Below are positions 17,700-26,707 of a DNA stretch of 64,000 nt, piece after piece; position 1 is the stretch's first letter, and each line of letters starts with the position of its first letter. The translations under genes and the position numbers were made by a program. The stretch is from Sphingobium sp. (GTDB lineage: Bacteria; Pseudomonadota; Alphaproteobacteria; Sphingomonadales; Sphingomonadaceae): positions 10,348 to 74,347 of the forward strand of contig JBEVNC010000149.1 of the NCBI GenBank assembly GCA_040508315.1, in the 5' to 3' direction. The notes beneath the pieces were generated by a model, which saw only the letters and a program-made list of their open reading frames with translations, was not told the DNA's origin and searched no databases.

Positions 17700-18371
17700 G
17701 ACGGCAAGAAGGGCGCCCGCAAGCGAAGCTATCATGACGCGTGCGGCATGGCGCATGCCATGGAACTGGTAGGCGACCGCTGGGCGCTGGCGGTCGTGCG
17801 GGAGCTTATGCTGGGTCCGCGTCGATTCGGCGATTTGCGCGCCGACCTGCCCGGCCTGAGCGCCAATGTGTTGACGCAGCGCCTGACCGAACTGGAGGCG
17901 GACAATATTGTCCTGAAGACAAAGCTGCCGCCGCCCGCGAACGTGCAGGTCTACGAGCTGACGACATGGGGCTATGAGGCGGAACCGATCATCCAGGAGC
18001 TTGGCCGCTGGGCCGCGCGCTCGCCCGGGCATGACGCGACCCTGCCGATCAGCAGGGTGTCGATCCTGCTCTCGCTGCGCACGATGATCGCGCCTGCAAA
18101 GATCGGCGACCTGCGGCTGACTGTCGGCTTTCGCTGGGGCACAGACGAGTATCTGGGCCGACTCGACGCGGATGGCCTCGCCATTGCGCGCGGCCGGGCG
18201 GAGGATGGCGATATCGTCTTTGCGGGCGCGCCCAACGCCTTTGCCGCATTCATCTATGGCGGTGTCCCCGTGGAGCAACTCAGCGGTGCGCTCAGCGTCG
18301 CGGGCGATCCGGCACTGGCCGCGCGCTTTGCCGCGCTGTTCGAGTTGCCGCCCAAATTCCTGCGAGAGTGA
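17679..18371 (+). CDS. HxlR-family winged-helix regulator with C-terminal SCP2-like extension
   Basis: Y.DACG.AHA.ELVGDRWAL..VRELMLGPRRF, LSANVLTQRL.ELE, YELT.WG; N-terminal Cys. Confidence 0.92.
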   Translation: MELEKITDGKKGARKRSYHDACGMAHAMELVGDRWALAVVRELMLGPRRFGDLRADLPGLSANVLTQRLTELEADNIVLKTKLPPPANVQVYELTTWGYEAEPIIQELGRWAARSPGHDATLPISRVSILLSLRTMIAPAKIGDLRLTVGFRWGTDEYLGRLDADGLAIARGRAEDGDIVFAGAPNAFAAFIYGGVPVEQLSGALSVAGDPALAARFAALFELPPKFLRE

Positions 18372-18378
18372 CAGGACC

Positions 18379-18867
18379 ATGCTGATCCGCCGGGCCGTGC
18401 CAAGCGACGCTACCGCCATCGCTGCCATCATCCTTCCCACCATCCGCGAGAGCGCGACCTATGCGCTCGACCCGGCCATGAGCGAGGAGGAGGCGCTCGC
18501 CTACTGGCTGGATACGGGCAAGGAGGTGTTCGTGGCGGAGGCGGAGGGCGCGATCCTCGGCACTTATTATATCCGCCCCAATCAGGGTGGCGGCGGCGCG
18601 CATGTCTGCAATTGCGGCTATATGACCGCTGCCGCCGCGACCGGGCGCGGGGTGGCGCGCGCCATGTGCGCGCATTCGCTGAGCCATGCGCGGGTGAGCG
18701 GATATCGCGCCATGCAATATAATTTCGTAGTGAGCAGCAACGCACGCGCGGTGCGGCTGTGGCAGGCCATGGGTTTTGCGATCGTGGGGCGATTGCCGGG
18801 CGCATTTCGCCATCCGCACCATGGTTATGTCGACGCGCTGGTCATGTATCGCTCGCTGATCGACTGA
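18379..18867 (+). CDS. GNAT family N-acetyltransferase
   Basis: G.GVARAM, MQYNFVVSSN.RAV.LW..GF.IVG.LPGAF.HP. Confidence 0.9.
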   Translation: MLIRRAVPSDATAIAAIILPTIRESATYALDPAMSEEEALAYWLDTGKEVFVAEAEGAILGTYYIRPNQGGGGAHVCNCGYMTAAAATGRGVARAMCAHSLSHARVSGYRAMQYNFVVSSNARAVRLWQAMGFAIVGRLPGAFRHPHHGYVDALVMYRSLID

Positions 18868-18883
18868 CCCCTCGTCAAAATCG

Positions 18884-19981
18884 TCAGATCGCCAGCTCGA
18901 ACTGGCGCACTTCCACGATATCGCGATCCGGCGGTTCCTCCGCCAGATTGTGCAGGCCGAGGCCGAGCAGGCGCGCGCCGAGCGGCAGTGGCAACTGGGC
19001 CTGAAGGAGCGCGCGGCCGGTCTCGAATATCTCCTCCCGGTCGCGCACCGGCTGGGGCAGGGTCCGCGACCGGGTGAGAATGCGGAAGTCGGACAGCTTG
19101 ACCTTCAGCGTCACGGTGCGGCCGATGGCATGCGACCGTTCGATGCGTGGCCAAAGCCGGTCGGCGATGCGCGCCAGTTCCGCCTCCAGCGCCGCGCCGT
19201 CGATCAGGTCCGTCTCGAACGTGTCTTCCACGCTCACCGACTTACGCCCTTCCCGCTCATGCACCGGGCGGTCGTCGATGCCGCGTGCGGCGCCATGGTA
19301 GAAGGTGGCCGCCTTGCCGAAATGGCGTTGCAGGAAAGGAAGGTCGCGCGCCTTGAGGTCCGCGCCCGTTTCGATGCCGAGCGCCGCCATGCGCCGCGCG
19401 GTGACCGGGCCGACGCCGTGAATGCGCGAGACCGGCATGGCCGCGATGAACGCCTCGCCCTCGTCCGGCCGCACGACGCACAGGCCATCGGGCTTGTTCT
19501 GGTCCGACGCCAGCTTGGCCAGCAGCTTGTTGTAGGAAACGCCTGCCGAGGCGGTGAGTCCCGTCTCCTCTTGAATCAGCCGCCTGATCTCGCTCGCGAC
19601 ATAGGTGGCCGATGCGATTCCCATGCGGTTCACGGTCACGTCGAGATAGGCCTCGTCCAGCGAAAGCGGCTGGATGATGTCGGTGAAGCGCGCGAAGATG
19701 CGGTGGATGTGTTCCGACACGGCGCGATAGGCGTCGAAGCGGGGCGGTACGAATATGAGGTCGGGGCACAGCCGGCGCGCCCGTGCGCCCGGCATGGCCG
19801 ACCTGACGCCAAAGGTCCGCGCCTCATAGCTGGCCGCCGCGACGACGCCGCGCGGCCCTCCCCCGCCCACGGCCAGCGGCAAGCCGCGCAGCGACGGGTC
19901 GTCGCGCTGCTCCACCGACGCATAAAAGGCGTCCATATCGATATGGATGATCTTGCGCGGGGTCGGATCGCCTGAGTCCAT
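18884..19981 (-). CDS. dinB: DNA polymerase IV
   Basis: IIHIDMDAFYASVEQ, ASYEAR.FGV.SAM, SLDEAYLD, NKPDG. Confidence 0.97.
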   Translation of the reverse strand: MDSGDPTPRKIIHIDMDAFYASVEQRDDPSLRGLPLAVGGGGPRGVVAAASYEARTFGVRSAMPGARARRLCPDLIFVPPRFDAYRAVSEHIHRIFARFTDIIQPLSLDEAYLDVTVNRMGIASATYVASEIRRLIQEETGLTASAGVSYNKLLAKLASDQNKPDGLCVVRPDEGEAFIAAMPVSRIHGVGPVTARRMAALGIETGADLKARDLPFLQRHFGKAATFYHGAARGIDDRPVHEREGRKSVSVEDTFETDLIDGAALEAELARIADRLWPRIERSHAIGRTVTLKVKLSDFRILTRSRTLPQPVRDREEIFETGRALLQAQLPLPLGARLLGLGLHNLAEEPPDRDIVEVRQFELAI

Positions 19982-20008
19982 GGCGCGATTATGCCATGAT
20001 GGATCGCT

Positions 20009-20023
20009 GAACGAAAGGGGAAC
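20009..20023. promoter_or_regulatory. LexA (SOS) box of dinB
   Basis: Perfect alphaproteobacterial GAAC-N7-GAAC (GAACGAAAGGGGAAC), 27 nt upstream of the dinB start. Confidence 0.85.
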
Positions 20024-20182
20024 ATGGATGACGGGACTCAGGCTGTCGTCGATACGGGTCTCGTGGCAGCGAGCGGCCCGTCTGAGCGTTCCATGAACAG
20101 CGCGGAGCAAACGCATCCGTATGCGTATCATCTCCCTGACGTCTCACTTGTCATATCATTAGTAATATTGTTGAAGGGCGCC

Positions 20183-20362
20183 ATGCAAGACGACACCCTC
20201 CCCCGTCTAGCGGCAGAGCTCGTGCCCTCCAGCCTCGAAAAGGCCGTGGACCTCATGCGTCAGGCGCTGGACATCCTCGACGCGGCCGAGGAAGGTCTGG
20301 CGGCCTGTCATCTCAGCATGGCCATCGAGCTGCTCGGCGCGACGCTTTCCGTCAATATATAG
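20183..20362 (+). CDS. Small hypothetical helical protein (59 aa)
   Basis: SD-like GAAGGG, AT-rich upstream region, GC3-biased codons; ...MRQALDILDAAEEGLAACHLSMAIELL. Confidence 0.55.
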   Translation: MQDDTLPRLAAELVPSSLEKAVDLMRQALDILDAAEEGLAACHLSMAIELLGATLSVNI

Positions 20363-20383
20363 CCCGTCGATATCCGGCGGGGT

Positions 20384-20908
20384 TCAGTCGCCCTTCTTCG
20401 CCAGCAAATCCTTCAGCCCGGCGAGGGCGCCTGCTTCCCCCTCCTGCTTCACGCCCATCTCCTTGAGAAAGGCGTCGGCGTCGGGTGCGCGGGGATAGGG
20501 GTCGAGATTGAGGGCGAGCGTCTGCGCGGCAGCCTCACCCATGTCGATGCGGCCGTCCTCGACGGTCATGACGTCGCAATCGTCCTCCGACAATTCGACC
20601 TCTTCCTCCGACACGGCGGCCTCCGCCACGAAGCGGATGCTGAACGGGGTTTCCACGCTCTCGGGCACATCCTGTCCCGTCGCCGCGCAAGCCTGCACCA
20701 CCGATGCGCTGAGCGTGCCGGTCGCCAGCCATGCCTCGGCATCGGGCATCAACGTGTAGCTGGCCTCAAGCCTGTCGATGGCGCGCAGGCGAAAACGGCG
20801 CGCGAGAGCCAGCCGCTCGGCCTCGTCGGCGGCGATGGACTGTGGCCGTGTGTCGCCGCCGATGCGGTCGATGGCGACGGGGCGCGAAAATTCCGGGGCC
20901 GCGCTCAC
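20384..20908 (-). CDS. DUF177/YceD family protein
   Basis: PEFSRP, ALARRF, VVQAC, IDMGEAAAQTLAL.LDPYPR. Confidence 0.88.
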   Translation of the reverse strand: MSAAPEFSRPVAIDRIGGDTRPQSIAADEAERLALARRFRLRAIDRLEASYTLMPDAEAWLATGTLSASVVQACAATGQDVPESVETPFSIRFVAEAAVSEEEVELSEDDCDVMTVEDGRIDMGEAAAQTLALNLDPYPRAPDADAFLKEMGVKQEGEAGALAGLKDLLAKKGD

Positions 20909-21429
20909 TGCCCGCCGGTCCCGATGCGTCCGGCGCGTATGTCGTCGAGCGATGCGCCCGCCAGCCCGTCCGCGAACCGGCGAAGGCCCGCCGCAGCGTG
21001 CGCGACCGCCGCCGGCGCAGGCGCTTCGCCGCGATACAGATTACGCTCCAGCGCCTCGCCCAGATCGCCCTCGCCCGCCAGTGCGGCGCGATAGGCGCCC
21101 AGCCGGCCGCCGAGCGCGCTCATCATCCGGCCGATATGCTTGCCGACCACCAGGTCGCCAATGCCGATCTGGCGAAGCTGCCCGTCCATATCCTCCACGA
21201 AGATTTCGGCGAGGCGCGCACTGTCCTCCGAAGCGCCCAGCGTCTCGAGCCGTAGCAGCACGAAGGAGAGGATCGCAGCGACCATGTCGAACCGCCCGTC
21301 CAGCGTGTCGGGAACGCGCCCTTGCGCATACCAGTGCGGCGCGCGCGCCTCCGCCACGATGGCGTCATAGAGTGCGCGGCGGCCGTCTTGCGACTCAGGA
21401 CGCCCGAACAGGGACTTCAAAAAGGACAT
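20905..21429 (-). CDS. Ubiquinol-cytochrome c chaperone (Cbp3) family protein
   Basis: VPDTLDGRFDM, DMDGQLRQIGIGDLVVGKH, ALERNLY. Confidence 0.9.
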   Translation of the reverse strand: MSFLKSLFGRPESQDGRRALYDAIVAEARAPHWYAQGRVPDTLDGRFDMVAAILSFVLLRLETLGASEDSARLAEIFVEDMDGQLRQIGIGDLVVGKHIGRMMSALGGRLGAYRAALAGEGDLGEALERNLYRGEAPAPAAVAHAAAGLRRFADGLAGASLDDIRAGRIGTGGQ

Positions 21430-21584
21430 CTATTCGCTCATCCGCGGTTAAACTGCGCCGGTCCACGGGGGTGCGCGGCGGCCACCGGCCTTGTGGGCAG
21501 GGAGCAACTGCCATATTGATCGCGCGAAGAGCCAATGCAATGGCCCATCTCGTTCGTTCTCAACGCTGTCCCACGGAGACATTC

Positions 21585-22070
21585 ATGCACCTCTCTTGCT
21601 CGCGGCTGACGCTGATTGCCGGTGCCGCGGCGATGCTGGCGCTGGGCGGATGCACGCGCATCCGTACCCATCAGGGCTATCAGGTCGACAAGCTGCTGGT
21701 CGATTCCATCGCGCCCGGCATCGACAACAAGGCGTCGGTGGAGGGATCGCTCGGGCGGCCCAGCTTCGCGTCGCAATTCGGCCCGGAAGAATGGTATTAT
21801 ATCTCGCGCGACATGCGCGCGCTGGCCTTTGCCTCGCCGCGCCCGGTCGACCAGACGGTGCTGCGCGTCAGTTTCGACGCGGCAGGCAATGTCGCCAAGG
21901 TCGACCGCATCGGCATGCAGCAGGTCGTGAACCTCAGCCCGGCCGGCAGCAAGACCGAGACGCGCGGTCGTGAGCGGTCGCTGTTCCAGGAAATCTTCGG
22001 CAATATCGGCGCGGTCGGCACGGGCGGCGGTGCAGGTGGCGGCGCAGGCGGCGGCGGTGCCGGCAACTGA
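21585..22070 (+). CDS. bamE: Outer membrane protein assembly lipoprotein BamE/OmlA
   Basis: Lipobox LGGC, GIDNKASV..SLGRPS, WYY, IFGNIG; Gly-rich tail. Confidence 0.88.
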   Translation: MHLSCSRLTLIAGAAAMLALGGCTRIRTHQGYQVDKLLVDSIAPGIDNKASVEGSLGRPSFASQFGPEEWYYISRDMRALAFASPRPVDQTVLRVSFDAAGNVAKVDRIGMQQVVNLSPAGSKTETRGRERSLFQEIFGNIGAVGTGGGAGGGAGGGGAGN

Positions 22071-22117
22071 TCCCGCCGGGGCGACCCGAATGGCCTGACA
22101 GGATGGGAGAGGCGGCG

Positions 22118-23197
22118 ATGGGACAGGATCAGGACAGCGCTTTCCGGTTCGAGGGGCGGTGGCAGGACTATGCCCCCATCGCCTTCACCAACCTGCTCCT
22201 CACTATCGTCACGCTGGGCATCTACCGCTTCTGGGCGACGACCCGATCACGCCGCTATCTGTGGAGCCGTAGCCGCTTCATCGACGAGACGCTGGAATGG
22301 ACCGGCACGGGCATGGAGCTGTTCGTCGGCTTCCTGCTGGCGGTCGTCCTGTTCGGCATCCCGTTCCTCATCCTGCAATTCGGCGTTCAGGCGCTGGCGC
22401 TGCGCGGGCATGAGGGGATAGCGGGGCTGATCGGCATCGCGGCCTTCTTCTTTCTGCTGTTCATGGCGGGCGTCGCGCGTTTCCGCGCGCTGCGCTACCG
22501 GCTCAGCCGCACCTTCTGGCATGGCATCAGGGGCGGGTCGGACAGCAATGGCATACGCTACGGCCTGTCCTGGCTGTGGAAATCAAGCGTCGGCGTCATC
22601 CCGTTCTGGCTGCTCGTCCCCTGGTCGATGGTGTCGCTGTGGAACGAGCGTTGGCGGCAGATGAGCTTCGGGTCGCAGAGTTTCGCGTCGCAGGCGCGGG
22701 CGCGGCCGATCTTTCCGCGCTTCCTGCTTTTCTATCTCATGCCCTTTCTGGTCGTTATCGTCGCCGGAATCCTGATGGCGACATTCGGGATCGCGATGGT
22801 CGGATTTGCCGCAGGAGGCGGCTTGCCGCTGCCATTCCAGATCCTGACGATCATTGCCGTCCTGGTCGGGGTCTATCTGTTGCTCGGGCTCATCGCCCTG
22901 GCCTATTATGCGGCGTTCCTGCGCGAGGCGATCAGCAATCTGACGCTGGGCGACATCCGTTTCAGGTTCGAGGCATCGACCAGCGAGTGGATCGGCCTGC
23001 TGATCGTGGACATCCTGCTGGTCGTCTGCACGCTGGGCATCGGCGCGATCTTCCTCAGCTATCGTCACTGGAAATTCTTCATTACCCATTTGGAGGCGAC
23101 CGGTGAGGTCAGCCTGGCGGCGCTGGGCCAGTCGACCACCCGCGAGCCGGGACAGGGCGAGGGCCTGCTCGACGCGTTCGACCTGGGCGCATTCTGA
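22118..23197 (+). CDS. DUF898 (YjgN) family inner membrane protein
   Basis: NLLLTIVTLGIYRFWA, RYRLSRT.W.GIR, repeated TLG.; start may be 22103. Confidence 0.88.
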   Translation: MGQDQDSAFRFEGRWQDYAPIAFTNLLLTIVTLGIYRFWATTRSRRYLWSRSRFIDETLEWTGTGMELFVGFLLAVVLFGIPFLILQFGVQALALRGHEGIAGLIGIAAFFFLLFMAGVARFRALRYRLSRTFWHGIRGGSDSNGIRYGLSWLWKSSVGVIPFWLLVPWSMVSLWNERWRQMSFGSQSFASQARARPIFPRFLLFYLMPFLVVIVAGILMATFGIAMVGFAAGGGLPLPFQILTIIAVLVGVYLLLGLIALAYYAAFLREAISNLTLGDIRFRFEASTSEWIGLLIVDILLVVCTLGIGAIFLSYRHWKFFITHLEATGEVSLAALGQSTTREPGQGEGLLDAFDLGAF

Positions 23198-23200
23198 TCC

Positions 23201-24286
23201 ATGGCAGAGCCGGTGGCCGCCTGGCATTATGACGGCCGCTCCGCCACCCGCCATGCCGTGCGGGCGGTGCCGGGGCCGGACGGCTTCCTGATCGAAGGCG
23301 AGACCGATGGTTTCGGGAGCGGGCCGCATCGCTGGGCGGATGTCGTCGCGCTGGACGGTACGGGCGGCCGGTCGGTCTATGGGCTGAAGGGGGTGGCGGG
23401 CTGGCGGCTCATCTTCGACGGGCCGCCGCCGGATAGTTTCGCCGTCCATCTGCCGCTCCCGGCCCGCTACGGCAGGGTGATCGACCGTTTCGGGCTGACG
23501 CGCGCGGTCATCATCTTCGCGGTCATCGCCGCCGCTCTGGTGTTCGCCGTGCTCAGCGCGCCGATCTGGATCGCACCGCTGGTGCCCCGTTCGGTCGAGA
23601 ACCGGCTGGGCGACGCGATGATCGGCGATTTCGGCGGGCGCTTCTGCCGCACCGATGGGGGCAAGGCGGCGCTGGACCGGCTGGCCGCCAGCCTCGGCGC
23701 GCAGGAGGCCGGGGTGCGTTCGGTCGAGATCGCCAATGTGCCGATGGTGAACGCGGTCGCGCTGCCGGGCGGGCGCATCATCCTGTTTCAGGGCCTGATC
23801 GCGCAGGCGGGATCGCCCGACGAGGTGGCGGGCGTGCTGGCGCATGAGATCGGCCATGTCGCCAATCGCGACGTGACGGCGGCGCTGATCCGCCAGCTTG
23901 GCCTCAGCGTCCTGCTCGGCGGCATCGACGGCAATATCGGCGGGGCGCTGAATGGCCTGCTCTCGCTCAGCTATGGCCGCAAGGCGGAAATGTCGGCGGA
24001 CGGCTATGCCATCGGCCAGCTGGCCCGCGCGTCCATCTCGCCCGACCCGACCGCGGCCTTCTTCGACCGGCTGGGCAGGAAGTCGGGCGACAAGGGATCG
24101 CTGGAGCGCGCCACCGCCTGGATCAGTTCGCATCCCGTCTCCGCCGACCGCAAGACGGCGTTCCAGCGCAGCAGGGTCGCCGGCAAGCGCTATGTCCCGG
24201 CGTTGACCGCTGCCCAATGGACCGCGCTGCGCGGCATGTGCGCCGCCGACCGGCATGCGAAAAAGGAAAAGGGGTTCAACTGGTGA
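23201..24286 (+). CDS. M48 family zinc metallopeptidase
   Basis: NAVALPGG, VLAHEIGH, E..AD, SSHP. Confidence 0.9.
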   Translation: MAEPVAAWHYDGRSATRHAVRAVPGPDGFLIEGETDGFGSGPHRWADVVALDGTGGRSVYGLKGVAGWRLIFDGPPPDSFAVHLPLPARYGRVIDRFGLTRAVIIFAVIAAALVFAVLSAPIWIAPLVPRSVENRLGDAMIGDFGGRFCRTDGGKAALDRLAASLGAQEAGVRSVEIANVPMVNAVALPGGRIILFQGLIAQAGSPDEVAGVLAHEIGHVANRDVTAALIRQLGLSVLLGGIDGNIGGALNGLLSLSYGRKAEMSADGYAIGQLARASISPDPTAAFFDRLGRKSGDKGSLERATAWISSHPVSADRKTAFQRSRVAGKRYVPALTAAQWTALRGMCAADRHAKKEKGFNW

Positions 24287-25011
24287 CGGTGCGGATGTGC
24301 GCGCGGCCGGATGGACTGCGCCTGGCCTATGGGTATCGCGCCGGTTCGGGACCGGCCATCGTCTTCCTGCCCGGCTATATGTCCGACATGGCAGGGAGCA
24401 AGGCGCTGGCGCTCGATGCGTGGGCGGCGGCGAATGGGCGCGCGATGCTGCGCCTCGACTATGCGGGATGCGGCGCCAGCGAGGGCGCCTTCACCGACGG
24501 TACGCTCGCAAGCTGGCGGGACGATGCGCGCTTCCTGATCGACCGTTTCGTGCCGGGCGAGGTCGTGCTGGTGGGATCGTCCATGGGCGGCTGGATCGCG
24601 CTGCTGCTCGCGCGCGATCTGGGGGAGCGGGTGCGGGGCCTCGTCGGCATCGCGGCCGCGCCCGACTTCACCGAATGGGGTTTTTCGGATGCGCAGAAGG
24701 CGGTCATTCGCGACGAGGGCCGTCTGATCGAACCGTCGGACTATGGCGATAAGCCTTATGTGACGACGCGTGCCTTCTGGGAATCGGGGCAGGCGAACCT
24801 GCTGCTCGGACGGCCCCTTGCCATCCATTGTCCGGTCCGGCTGCTTCAGGGGCAAAGCGACCCCGATGTGCCATGGCAGACCGCTCTGGCCATCGCCGAA
24901 AGCATCGGTTCAGCCGATGTACAGACCCTGCTCGTCAAGCAGGGCGACCATCGCCTGTCGCGGCCGCAGGACATTGCGCTCTTGACCTCCGCCATTGCCG
25001 CCCTGCCCTGA
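24283..25011 (+). CDS. Alpha/beta hydrolase
   Basis: FLPGYMSDM.GSKA, GSSMGG nucleophile elbow, GDHRLSR; start 24283 (GTG) or 24295. Confidence 0.88.
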   Translation: MTVRMCARPDGLRLAYGYRAGSGPAIVFLPGYMSDMAGSKALALDAWAAANGRAMLRLDYAGCGASEGAFTDGTLASWRDDARFLIDRFVPGEVVLVGSSMGGWIALLLARDLGERVRGLVGIAAAPDFTEWGFSDAQKAVIRDEGRLIEPSDYGDKPYVTTRAFWESGQANLLLGRPLAIHCPVRLLQGQSDPDVPWQTALAIAESIGSADVQTLLVKQGDHRLSRPQDIALLTSAIAALP

Positions 25012-25026
25012 AAAGGCCCTGCATCC

Positions 25027-25884
25027 ATGTCCGTTCTCCTCGCCCTGCTCGTCGCCAGTGCCTCCGGCATGGACCCGGAGACCGAAGCGGTCATGGGCCG
25101 CCGCAAGCCGCCCGCTGAACGCCGTATCAAGCCCTATCCCAAGGCCAGCCCCCCGGTGATCGACCCGGCGCTGGAGGATTGCGCCAATCTGGCCCAGCGG
25201 GACAGCGCCGCCGCGATCAAGCGGGCGCGCGACTGGATCGTGCGGACCGACGGCCCGGCCCCGCGTCAGTGCCTCGGCCTGGCGGAGGCGCAGGCGGGGC
25301 GCTGGGCAGAGGCGGCGACCGCGTTTCGCGATGGTGCGCGTCTCGCCGGGACCGATGGCGGCACCGCGGCGCGCCTGTGGGCGCAGGCGGGCAATGCCGC
25401 GCTGGCGGGCGGCGACATGCCGGGCGCGCTGTCCGCGCTGGACAAGGCGTTGACGGGCAACGCGCTGCCCAACGGGCTGGAGCGGGGCGAGGCCTATCTC
25501 GACCGGGCGCGGGCGCGTGTCGCGCAGAAGGACGAGGCGGGGGCGCGCGCCGACCTCGACAGCGCAATCGGGATGGCGCCGCAGGACCCGCTGGTGTGGC
25601 TGCTATCCGCCACGCTGGCGCGGCGCATGGACGATCTGCCGCTCGCCAAACAGCATATATCGCAGGCAGTGAGGCTGGCTGGCGACGATGCTTCGGTGCT
25701 GCTGGAACAGGGCGTCATCGCGGCGCTGGGCCATGACGATGCCACGGCGCGCACCGCGTTCCGCACCGCCGCGCGGATCGGAGCGGGGACGCCCGTCGCT
25801 GACAAGGCAAGCGCCTATCTTGCGCAGTTGGGCGACGAACCGGTCGCCGCCCCTGCCCCTAACGATAAGCCGCAATCGCGATAG
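25027..25884 (+). CDS. Exported TPR-repeat-like protein
   Basis: N-terminal hydrophobic signal; Ala-rich helical repeats (AGNAALAGG, LDRARA, W.LSATLARR). Confidence 0.7.
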   Translation: MSVLLALLVASASGMDPETEAVMGRRKPPAERRIKPYPKASPPVIDPALEDCANLAQRDSAAAIKRARDWIVRTDGPAPRQCLGLAEAQAGRWAEAATAFRDGARLAGTDGGTAARLWAQAGNAALAGGDMPGALSALDKALTGNALPNGLERGEAYLDRARARVAQKDEAGARADLDSAIGMAPQDPLVWLLSATLARRMDDLPLAKQHISQAVRLAGDDASVLLEQGVIAALGHDDATARTAFRTAARIGAGTPVADKASAYLAQLGDEPVAAPAPNDKPQSR

Positions 25885-25887
25885 GCT

Positions 25888-26601
25888 TCACTCGAGATAG
25901 AAGTCGATGGTCGTGACGACGCGCACCTTCTTATAGGGCGTGTCGGCCACGCCATAATTGCCGCCCGTCTGATCGCCGTCGCGCGGCTCGATGGAGAAAT
26001 AGCCCTGCGTCGCGCTCTTGATGCCGCCGACCGCCGTGCCGCTGTCCTTGGCGAACTGCTCTGCCGCCTTGCGCGCGTCCAGTGTCGCCTGCGCGACCAT
26101 GGGCGGTTTGAGCGCATTGAGACCCGTGAAGCTGTACACCATCCCCGACCCTTCCTGCAGGGTCACGCCGCGGCGCACCAAGTCGAACTGGCCCGCCACC
26201 GCCCGCCGCGCGCGAGCGATGTCGTTGGTGCGCAACTGCATGCGCTGGGTGATGGTGATCTGCGGAACGCCATTGTTCACGAACTGGTTCACCCCCGCGC
26301 CGGTCGGTGACAGGTCGGTGGCCTTGAACCCGACGCTGGTGAAATAGTCGGTCAGCGCGCGCGTATTATTCTCGATCTCGGCCCGTACGCCGGGAAGGTC
26401 GGTGCCGGTCGCCGAATAGGCGATGGTCCAGGTGGCGAGATCCGCCGTCACGTCGCGTTCGGCCAGGCCGCGCACCGTGACCGATCGGTCGGCCGCCTTG
26501 GCCCGCTTCAGTCCGTCGCCGAGCAGATAGCCGCCCGACACCAGGCCAAGCGCAACGATCGCGGCGCTGCCCAGGATGAGCTTTCCGCCATTTTGTAGCA
26601 T
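25888..26601 (-). CDS. SIMPL/DUF541 domain periplasmic protein
   Basis: VTVRGLAERDV.ADLA.W, A.QFA.DSG..VG.I..A.QG.FSI, KKVRVVTT. Confidence 0.9.
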   Translation of the reverse strand: MLQNGGKLILGSAAIVALGLVSGGYLLGDGLKRAKAADRSVTVRGLAERDVTADLATWTIAYSATGTDLPGVRAEIENNTRALTDYFTSVGFKATDLSPTGAGVNQFVNNGVPQITITQRMQLRTNDIARARRAVAGQFDLVRRGVTLQEGSGMVYSFTGLNALKPPMVAQATLDARKAAEQFAKDSGTAVGGIKSATQGYFSIEPRDGDQTGGNYGVADTPYKKVRVVTTIDFYLE

Positions 26602-26610
26602 TAGTGAAAA

Positions 26611-26656
26611 TCCTCCCCGTGCCGGTCGTCGAAATCAGCGCACGGCACGGAAAGGA
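26611..26656 (-). promoter_or_regulatory. SD-sequestering hairpin upstream of the SIMPL gene
   Basis: Minus-strand UCCUUUCCGUGCCG pairs with CGGCACGGGGAGGA (14 bp, two G-U pairs), covering the SD GGAGGA. Confidence 0.5.
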
Positions 26657-26707
26657 CGTAGGGCGCGGTCGTTGAACCGTGCATTAACTGCGATGAGACG
26701 TTAACGC

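Noticed and set aside
22010-22070. GGC-rich tandem repeats at the bamE 3' end, also in the hflK 5' region
   Set aside because: Ordinary Gly-rich low-complexity coding tails, not a separate repeat element
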